Sequence record: KT919972.1
Direction: 5' to 3' (one strand)
DNA length: 64,000 bases
The notes beneath the pieces are model-generated. The model saw only the letters and a program-made list of their open reading frames with translations, searched no databases and was not told the DNA's origin. Position 1 is the first letter of the stretch, and each line of letters opens with the position of its first letter. The position numbers and the translations under genes are program-made. Positions 57,556-64,000 of the stretch are shown piece by piece.

Positions 57556-58401
57556 ATGATAGATGTTTTGTTAAGATATGACGCGAGAATTATCAATAGC
57601 CGAAAGATCGTTATCTACACAGATGAAAATCGACTTGGTCTAATTGTTAAACTTGCGAAAGAGCTTGACGGGACGTACAAGAAGTGCGACCCAGGCAGTT
57701 CAATTGGTTGTATACAGATGGAAAAATGCAGAGTATACGTCAAACCAACATCTAATCCGGGCATCGAGAATGAACGCAATTTCTATAATATTGTAAAGCA
57801 ACACATTGATTCTGGCTGTACTCGGATTAAAATTGGTCGACGAGTAATAAAAGGTGTTCAGTCGATTGAAATGACTGGTCACGACACAAAAAACAACAAA
57901 AAAGCCGATATGGTATTGAAGACCGTAAGCGGCGATTTTCCGATTTCGATTAAAAAATCAAATGCCGAGCGTTGGGCTAGTACTGACGTTATTCACGGCA
58001 CTGAAGCTCGTAAGCTTTTATCACAAATGATAGTCAAGAAAATGGTTACATTATCGGACTATTCTGACGATGGTAAAGTGAAGAGACTTAGCCAGCCAAT
58101 CGCACGCAGACTACGAGACGACGAAATAAATCATGTTGTATTTGGTTCAGACATTCTCAATAACGGTCTTGTTGTAGTCAATAGCTTTACACTAGATGAT
58201 TTTGTATTCAAACGCGGTACCTTGCATATTAACGGTGATGTTTTGTTGAACGCGAAAGATATTAAAGATACTGTATATCACCCGTATATGTTGATTAGAA
58301 ATGATGCATGTCGCCGTTCTAAGGCATTGCCTTATGGTGTACGTGTTGAAGTTGTATTCGAATCAAGAATTACTAAAAATACGATTGTTTACGAGGAGTA
58401 G
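57556..58401 (+). CDS. Hypothetical protein, putative PD-(D/E)XK-like nuclease fold
   Basis: 281 aa. GIENE..F helix, then KADMVL...PISIKK. Confidence 0.6.
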   Translation: MIDVLLRYDARIINSRKIVIYTDENRLGLIVKLAKELDGTYKKCDPGSSIGCIQMEKCRVYVKPTSNPGIENERNFYNIVKQHIDSGCTRIKIGRRVIKGVQSIEMTGHDTKNNKKADMVLKTVSGDFPISIKKSNAERWASTDVIHGTEARKLLSQMIVKKMVTLSDYSDDGKVKRLSQPIARRLRDDEINHVVFGSDILNNGLVVVNSFTLDDFVFKRGTLHINGDVLLNAKDIKDTVYHPYMLIRNDACRRSKALPYGVRVEVVFESRITKNTIVYEE

Positions 58402-58404
58402 CTA

Positions 58405-59229
58405 ATGGCTATCAAAGATAAATTGGAAGAACTTATTGCGTCGGTTCACCAATGTACTACCAAAGACGGTGTAGTTGAAATCGAGAAACTATATACGCAA
58501 AAGAAAAAAGAACTCGGGGCGAACATCACACCGATGATGGACATTCGTGTTCGAGACGCAATTCGCGGCAAAATCACCATGTTTGACAAAGAATCTGCTG
58601 CTGAAAAAGAAGAAGCGGCTATGAAGAAACAACAACAAGAAGCTGAAGCAATTGCAGCTAAACTTGATGAGGGTCTATTTGTCGTTTCGGAAAAAGATTT
58701 CTTCGAACATGAAACCGTTGTGAATGAGTGTGCGATTGACGCTGCGTGTATCATGGACGTGGATTCAAGCATTCCTTCAGTTGGTCATAAAGAATTGACT
58801 AAAACATTATCTGAAGCGTGTGAACACGTTGGTGCTGTTGGTAAAGTGTTTGTACCTGAAGCTCAGAACAAGGTTTTATCACTTCAAGAGCGCGTTGAAT
58901 TATTTGAATCGTTCTCTGATGTCGATGTTGCACCGAAAGGCGTGATGTTTGCTGAAGTAGAGACTATGATTCAAAAAGGTATCACTCGCGTGTTTGCATT
59001 TGTAGAAGCGAACAAAGTAGCTGAGTATCGCCGTCTAGGTCGTCACTTCCTACGTGTAGGTGGAACACGATTCGAGATCGTTGAAGTCAAGAACAAAGTA
59101 CCATCTAGTACTATTGAAAATCTGATTCGCGAAGATAATCTGCACGAATTCATGCGCAGCGTACCATTACCACTTGATGAAGCAGAGAAGATCTTTGATC
59201 GTCAACTTGAGCAAATCTTGGGGGCATAA
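58405..59229 (+). CDS. Hypothetical protein with degenerate HIGH-class nucleotidyltransferase-like C-domain
   Basis: 274 aa. Coiled-coil N-half, then PSVGHKEL, LSLQERVELF and KVPSS.I..LIREDNL.EF...VP patterns. Confidence 0.55.
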   Translation: MAIKDKLEELIASVHQCTTKDGVVEIEKLYTQKKKELGANITPMMDIRVRDAIRGKITMFDKESAAEKEEAAMKKQQQEAEAIAAKLDEGLFVVSEKDFFEHETVVNECAIDAACIMDVDSSIPSVGHKELTKTLSEACEHVGAVGKVFVPEAQNKVLSLQERVELFESFSDVDVAPKGVMFAEVETMIQKGITRVFAFVEANKVAEYRRLGRHFLRVGGTRFEIVEVKNKVPSSTIENLIREDNLHEFMRSVPLPLDEAEKIFDRQLEQILGA

Positions 59230-59708
59230 TGAGTGTAGCTAAACGTGGTGCAGATGGTTTTTATGCTCTTCGTCTGTCTCGTTTGCTTCATCTTCGTTTT
59301 GAACGTTGGGAAGCATATCGAATGGGTATCATCGACGCAGATGGTAAGAAGTTGCGTGACCCTGTAACTGCACAAGAGAAAAGTAACTGGACGATGTTTC
59401 ATGTTACTGTGAGAAATATCAAGCGCATGGTTGGTGCATTACCAGGTGGTAAAACAGCACTTGATTATGGCGCGTCTTATTTGTTGCTGATTGAGCTTGC
59501 AAAAGAATACGGGTTATCTGAAGATTTCGCGAAAGAGTGTATTCGAGTCGAAGAAGCTGTTGTTGCAGGTGATGCGGGTGACGGTAGTAGCTCACCAGAG
59601 TCGATTGCTTCTGGTGAAACGACTGGTGCTGTAACTAATGCAGGTCCTGAAACTATCGGTAAGAAAAAGAAAAAGAAAAAGCTGAAGAAGTTCAGACATT
59701 TCGAATAA
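59229..59708 (+). CDS. 61.1: gp61.1-like protein with gp23 N-arm-like C-terminal segment
   Basis: YALRLSRLL...F..WEAY.MGIIDADG and EK..WT.FH..VRNIKR motifs. Directly upstream of primase, as in T4. Confidence 0.8.
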   Translation: MSVAKRGADGFYALRLSRLLHLRFERWEAYRMGIIDADGKKLRDPVTAQEKSNWTMFHVTVRNIKRMVGALPGGKTALDYGASYLLLIELAKEYGLSEDFAKECIRVEEAVVAGDAGDGSSSPESIASGETTGAVTNAGPETIGKKKKKKKLKKFRHFE

Positions 59709-59714
59709 TAAAAC

Positions 59715-59736
59715 GCCTCGGAAACGGGGCTTTTTT
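59715..59736 (+). terminator. Terminator after 61.1
   Basis: GCCTCG-GAAA-CGGGGC followed by T6. Confidence 0.85.
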
Positions 59737-59738
59737 AT

Positions 59739-59767
59739 GTTTATCGTATCGTGATGCCGTGTATAAT
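59739..59767 (+). promoter_or_regulatory. Promoter upstream of primase (GTTTAT-17-TATAAT)
   Basis: Consensus -10 and a T4-early-like -35. Inverted repeat CCGTGTA/TACACGG spans the -10. Confidence 0.65.
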
Positions 59768-59787
59768 CACTACACGGAGGTTGAATT

Positions 59788-60846
59788 ATGCAAATATTGA
59801 TTGATATACAATACGCCAAGATGCTTCAGCATCGATTACTACTCCCTACGGTGCATAGTCATCGTCCATTCAAAATCAATGCAAGATGCCCGATTTGTGG
59901 TGACTCGAAAAAGAACAAGTACAAGACACGTTTCTGGATTAATGAAGTTAAGACACGTTCTGGTGAGATTCATTTACGTTGTAGTTGCTGGAACTGTGAC
60001 TATAACGAATCGCTGTATACTTTTTTGAAAGATCACGAACCATCGTTGTTTTCTCAGTATCGCGTTGAGTTATTCAAAGAGCGCAATTCCCGTGAGCGTA
60101 AAGAACGCGAACCTGAACCAGTTGTTGAAAAGAAAGAAGCGACTGTCGTTGAGAAAGAACAAGAAGAGCAACTTTTCTATAATATCACTGCCCTTAAAGA
60201 TGGTCATGTGATGCACAAATACCTCGAATCTAGAAAAATCCCTAAAGACAAGTGGCATTTGCTTGGGTTTACTCGTGGCTGGTCTCAAATGGCTAAGACG
60301 CTTCGCCCAGATTTGTACGAAGGTGAGATTAGAAATGACCACCCTCGATTGGTAATACCTATCTATAACAAAGAAGGTTTGATTGCTGTTCAAGGTCGTG
60401 CGTTGACAAACAAACATGCTCAACGATACATGACCATTAAAATTGACGACGATTTCAACAAGATATACGGCACAGAGCGTATCAATGAAGATGACCCTGT
60501 TATTTTCGTTGAGGGCCCGATTGATAGTTTATTCCTCTACAATTGCTGTGCTATAGTAGGTGGACAAGTCAGTCCACAAAATGCACCTTATGCGGGGAAT
60601 CGCATTTGGGCGCTTGATAATGAGCCTCGGCACCCAGACGTTGTAAAGCGTCTTCAAGTTCTAATCAGAGCGGGTGAGCGTGTTGTTATTTGGGATAAGC
60701 TCCCACCTCAAATTATTGACAAGAAAGACATCAATGATTTTGTCAAAGCTGGTGTATCCGCTGAGTTCATTCAGCAATACATTTATGAAAATGCCGTTAG
60801 CGGTCTAATGGCTACAAATCGACTTAACAGATGGAAGAAAATTTAA
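59788..60846 (+). CDS. gp61: DNA primase gp61
   Basis: RCPICGDSKKNK.K.RF...CSCWNC zinc finger, RLVIPIY, FVEGPIDSLF TOPRIM, LDNEPR and KKDIND motifs. Confidence 0.97.
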   Translation: MQILIDIQYAKMLQHRLLLPTVHSHRPFKINARCPICGDSKKNKYKTRFWINEVKTRSGEIHLRCSCWNCDYNESLYTFLKDHEPSLFSQYRVELFKERNSRERKEREPEPVVEKKEATVVEKEQEEQLFYNITALKDGHVMHKYLESRKIPKDKWHLLGFTRGWSQMAKTLRPDLYEGEIRNDHPRLVIPIYNKEGLIAVQGRALTNKHAQRYMTIKIDDDFNKIYGTERINEDDPVIFVEGPIDSLFLYNCCAIVGGQVSPQNAPYAGNRIWALDNEPRHPDVVKRLQVLIRAGERVVIWDKLPPQIIDKKDINDFVKAGVSAEFIQQYIYENAVSGLMATNRLNRWKKI

Positions 60847-61343
60847 TGAAGATTATTTACCTGCCTCACTACAAAGAAAACAAAGAACTTGGTCTAAAAG
60901 CAATTGAGCCAATTGGTGTGAAAGACCCAGATGACGCGGGTATTGATCTGCGTGCTGCAATTGAAGAGTCAATCGAGCTACAACCGGGTGCTTCAGTTGT
61001 TATCCCGTCTGGTGTCAAGATTCATATTGGTTCGCACCCACTACATCGAGTATTCACTGATTTAGGTGTATACGGCGCGATTGCACCGCGAAGCGGTCTT
61101 GGGTTCAAGCACTTCTTACGCCTTGCAAACACAATCGGGATTATCGACGCGAACTATCAAGGCGAAATCATGATCAAGATTCGCAACGAAGGCGACGACG
61201 TGCTGCATATTGAGCGCGGTGATCGTATCTGTCAGTTGATTTTCCACACTTACGTGAAGAACGTGCAGTTTGAAGAAGTTGATGATTTCGACGAAGAAAC
61301 TGACCGCGGTGAAGGTGGTTTTGGTCGCAGTGGGGTGAAATAA
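60846..61343 (+). CDS. dut: Trimeric dUTPase
   Basis: AGIDL, APRSGLG, GIIDANYQGEI, RICQL and RGEGGFGRSG motifs. Start from the TAATG overlap. Confidence 0.96.
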   Translation: MKIIYLPHYKENKELGLKAIEPIGVKDPDDAGIDLRAAIEESIELQPGASVVIPSGVKIHIGSHPLHRVFTDLGVYGAIAPRSGLGFKHFLRLANTIGIIDANYQGEIMIKIRNEGDDVLHIERGDRICQLIFHTYVKNVQFEEVDDFDEETDRGEGGFGRSGVK

Positions 61344-61585
61344 TGTCAAATGAAGATGATTTGTTGGATACTGACCGTATTCTAAATTCAATGCGTATAA
61401 TTCTGACAGACGAGCGCGTTGAAAGTGCGCTTCGTCTCGATGTTGCACGCGACCAAGAAGAAAAGCAGAAAATGATCGATGGTCGTAAATCGACTCTTGG
61501 TCAGATTCAAGATCAACAACACAAAATCGAAAGCAAGCTTGAATTGCTGCATGATTTACTAAATGTGAAGAGAGAAATATCATGA
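61343..61585 (+). CDS. Small coiled-coil hypothetical protein
   Basis: 80 aa, overlapping stop/start with both neighbours. Confidence 0.7.
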   Translation: MSNEDDLLDTDRILNSMRIILTDERVESALRLDVARDQEEKQKMIDGRKSTLGQIQDQQHKIESKLELLHDLLNVKREIS

Positions 61586-62274
61586 ATGATAAACCCATTT
61601 ACGACATACTAATTGACTATGAGGGGTTCGACGTGACCCCTGACGCTGCGGTTATTGAACTAGGTGCAGTTGAATTCGAGCACGATTTTACGAAAGTCCC
61701 TGACTACCAAGAGCTTGTGAAAAACTCTTTTCGCTGTAAGTTCGAGATTAAAACCCAGAAAGGTAAGCGAAGCATTAACAAAGCTACTGTGCAATGGTGG
61801 TCTGAACAATCAAAAGAAGCGAAAGAAATTCTAATACCTAGCGCAGAAGACGTGTCGGTTGAAGAAGGTCACAAGTTGTTCATTGAGTGGATCGAAGAAA
61901 ACACTCGCTACGACGGTCGTTCACACTTGTACTGTCGCGGTAATAACTACGATATCCCGTTAATGGCAGATTGCTTCAAGTACAGCGGCTTGCGTCATGC
62001 GGTCATCGAACGATTCTGGAAATTCCGTGATGTTCGTACTCGTATTGAAGCATTGATGTTACAACGTGACATGTGTAAAGTGCCAATTCGTCGTGACGCA
62101 ATGCCAGGTTTCATTCACCACAACGGCGTACACGACTGTGCGAAAGATGCAATGATGCTTATCATGGCAGCGCGTTACGCACTTGATTTAGAAGAACTAC
62201 CCGAGAAAATGGAATGTCATGAAGTATCGGTTGATTTCACTGACGAAGAGAAAGAGGAACTTGGGCTACTATGA
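61582..62274 (+). CDS. dexA: Exonuclease A (DEDDh 3'-5' exonuclease)
   Basis: LIDYEG, YCRGNNYDIP, FWKFRDVRT and HNGVHDCAKD motifs. Confidence 0.92.
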   Translation: MNDKPIYDILIDYEGFDVTPDAAVIELGAVEFEHDFTKVPDYQELVKNSFRCKFEIKTQKGKRSINKATVQWWSEQSKEAKEILIPSAEDVSVEEGHKLFIEWIEENTRYDGRSHLYCRGNNYDIPLMADCFKYSGLRHAVIERFWKFRDVRTRIEALMLQRDMCKVPIRRDAMPGFIHHNGVHDCAKDAMMLIMAARYALDLEELPEKMECHEVSVDFTDEEKEELGLL

Positions 62275-62432
62275 TGATTGCTGTACATTTACTATCACAA
62301 GCCAAGCCAGTTGTTCATGATAATGTAAAGAACGCTTACACTAAAGACGGTCTTTACTGCTTGATGATGAAAGACGGTATGGTTTACAAATACCCACTGA
62401 TTAATATTTTCAGAATTACAGAAAATATGTAA
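62271..62432 (+). CDS. 53-aa hypothetical protein (absent from the ORF track)
   Basis: Translated by hand as MMIAVHLLSQAKPVVHDNVKNAYTKDGLYCLMMKDGMVYKYPLINIFRITENM. ATGA overlap with dexA and GAGG SD. Confidence 0.7.
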   Translation: MMIAVHLLSQAKPVVHDNVKNAYTKDGLYCLMMKDGMVYKYPLINIFRITENM

Positions 62433-62440
62433 AAAAGTGG

Positions 62441-62469
62441 TTGCGTTGTCGATGTGACTTGTGTAATAT
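62441..62469 (+). promoter_or_regulatory. Sigma70-type early promoter
   Basis: TTGCGT-17 bp-TAATAT with an upstream A-tract. Confidence 0.78.
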
Positions 62470-62501
62470 ACTCACATCGACAACGAAAAGAGAACAATAT
62501 T

Positions 62502-62639
62502 ATGACAACGAATCGCTTAGATTGGACAATCGAAAAGAAAGCTCAGTTCATCGCGACATACAAAGACGGTACTGTTTTAGTTGCTCGTACTCGCGAAGAG
62601 CTTAATTCGCAAATCAATGAGTTTGAAAAAACGTTATGA
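62502..62639 (+). CDS. 45-aa hypothetical early protein
   Basis: Start ATG 62502 follows an AGAG SD downstream of the promoter. Confidence 0.7.
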   Translation: MTTNRLDWTIEKKAQFIATYKDGTVLVARTREELNSQINEFEKTL

Positions 62640-63034
62640 ATTTGCATTCGTTCATGTACAAATGGAAAAGATTTTCATTTGAATTCAACAATTACGCGAT
62701 TGAGAAGCAGCGTGGCTTAGTCGGGACTGTTGACTTTGTGATGAAGAAACACTTCACACATCGAGTATATGACCGATTCTGTGCTGCTGAACATTCAACA
62801 TTGCGTAGAATGCTGTATCATACAGTAAACAAGCACTTAGGTGAAGTTCTGTATTGGTATTACAGTGCTGAAAAGCGTGAGCTTGCTATCAAGCGTGAAG
62901 ATATTTACATAATATTTGAGAAGGGAATTAAAGGTTGTATTTTGATTACGACGATATATCGTAATCAAAATAAGCAAAACCATGATAAATTCTTTTTGAT
63001 TGATATAAGCAGAAAGCAAAATGAAGCAAATTAG
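62636..63034 (+). CDS. Hypothetical protein
   Basis: 132 aa, ATGA-coupled to the upstream gene. Confidence 0.7.
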   Translation: MNLHSFMYKWKRFSFEFNNYAIEKQRGLVGTVDFVMKKHFTHRVYDRFCAAEHSTLRRMLYHTVNKHLGEVLYWYYSAEKRELAIKREDIYIIFEKGIKGCILITTIYRNQNKQNHDKFFLIDISRKQNEAN

Positions 63035-63266
63035 ACTTGGTGACTATATCGAGGTCACTGAAAGACTAGACCAAGAGAGCTTTTTTGGTCAGTTGGTTGA
63101 TATTGCACCGTGTCTATGGGCACGTGGTGATTTTCTACGACTTGTTGATGACGCAGGTAATGAAGTTCAATTGAACACTGTGAACATCGACATGATTAAT
63201 GGCACAGTTGTGAGTGAATTAACTAGAAACGCTCATGGCTTTATGTATTGTGAGGAAAAGATTTGA
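63021..63266 (+). CDS. Hypothetical protein
   Basis: 81 aa within the tightly packed operon. Confidence 0.7.
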   Translation: MKQIRLGDYIEVTERLDQESFFGQLVDIAPCLWARGDFLRLVDDAGNEVQLNTVNIDMINGTVVSELTRNAHGFMYCEEKI

Positions 63267-63706
63267 AAGGTTACGTATTTGTAAATCGCTATTGTAAAGG
63301 TATTCAAGCTGGTATTCAAGGTGCACATGCGCTTCTACGTCTTGCGCGTAAAGCAGATAACCCAGTTTTCAATAAGTGGCTGAATGATCACGAGACGATT
63401 TGTGTTCTGTCAGCGGCTAGTCATGACCATCTTGAAGAAATCGAAGAGACAATTCGTGAAATGGGTGTTGTTGAAGACATTACATTTTTTCAAGAAGAAG
63501 GTTTACATCACTCACTAACAGGTGTAGCATTCATTGGCGACGACACGCTAATGCAAGTTCAAGCCGAAATGAAAGAATGGCGTGAACTGCGTAAGATCGG
63601 CGAAGGTCTAAAGCGTCGCGACTTTGATTCAGATATGTTCTACAAATACGGTCGAACATATGAACTTGCAAAATACTTAGAGGGGTTTCATTCTCATCAT
63701 GGATAA
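63263..63706 (+). CDS. Putative peptidyl-tRNA hydrolase, PTH2-like
   Basis: G.QAGIQGAHA...KW....ETICVL...FQEEGL..SLTGVAF resembles the PTH2 AQ.AHA...W..K.VL pattern. Confidence 0.55.
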   Translation: MKGYVFVNRYCKGIQAGIQGAHALLRLARKADNPVFNKWLNDHETICVLSAASHDHLEEIEETIREMGVVEDITFFQEEGLHHSLTGVAFIGDDTLMQVQAEMKEWRELRKIGEGLKRRDFDSDMFYKYGRTYELAKYLEGFHSHHG

Positions 63707-63929
63707 CTTAAATCTTAAATTGACTACTGCGACTCGCTTTGAAGAGCTAATGACAAAACCAGGTGTTGATGTTAAAAATAGCTCTTCTGGTCCTGAATTC
63801 ATTACGACTGTTTACGAGAATGGTGAATTACTTGCAGAGCGCGTATTGTACGTTTCACAAGCAGAGCACTTTGAAGTGAAACTACCTGAAACGGCAAAGC
63901 AAGCACGCAAAACGAGCAAACTGCCGTAA
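63699..63929 (+). CDS. Hypothetical protein
   Basis: 76 aa with overlapping start. Confidence 0.65.
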   Translation: MDNLNLKLTTATRFEELMTKPGVDVKNSSSGPEFITTVYENGELLAERVLYVSQAEHFEVKLPETAKQARKTSKLP

Positions 63930-63965
63930 AAACTGTTTATTAACTAACTTTGTGAGTGTAATATT

Positions 63966-64000
63966 ATGAAATCTAAAGGTTTTACTCTGATCGAATTGAT
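63966..64000 (+). CDS. Start of ORF with type IV prepilin N-terminal cleavage/methylation motif (3'-truncated)
   Basis: ATG AAA TCT AAA GGT TTT ACT CTG ATC GAA TTG AT translates to MKSKG|FTLIEL(M/I). Only 11 full codons are visible. Confidence 0.75.
   Translation, partial: MKSKGFTLIEL

Overview
A 64-kb segment of a T4-like myophage genome. Gene order and protein style resemble the Vibrio KVP40/nt-1 group; this is recalled from family knowledge, not from a database search. From left to right: (1) A late structural block on the + strand: baseplate gp6 (5'-truncated) to gp11, two tandem gp12 short tail fibres, fibritin, neck gp13-15, terminase gp16/17, sheath, tube, portal, prohead core, protease, scaffold and major capsid gp23. 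(2) A variable region with a GIY-YIG homing endonuclease, a CCA-adding enzyme, two to three Inh paralogues and several putative internal head proteins. (3) uvsW/uvsY and the inverted long tail fibre genes 35/34. (4) A replication and nucleotide-metabolism block (rnh, dsbA, 33, 59, 32, frd, clpP-like, uvsX, 40, 41, glutaredoxin, nrdD, nrdG, 61, dut, dexA), followed by early hypothetical genes. I saw no tRNA, rRNA, CRISPR array, intron or intein. The most notable signals are: (a) an ORF at the right edge that begins with a type IV prepilin motif (MKSKGFTLIEL); (b) a gp61.1-like protein whose C-terminus matches the mature N-arm of gp23 (20 of 29 residues identical), ending a three-gene operon whose putative late promoter sits inside an RBS-overlapping hairpin; (c) a perfect 66-bp inverted repeat 26.8 kb apart, with a hairpin and six TTAG motifs at exact 9-bp spacing; (d) a recurrent TCTAAATA late-promoter variant; and (e) putative capsid-processed proteins with HigB-like and phosphorothioation-locus-like domains. 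All product calls rest on motif recognition by eye.
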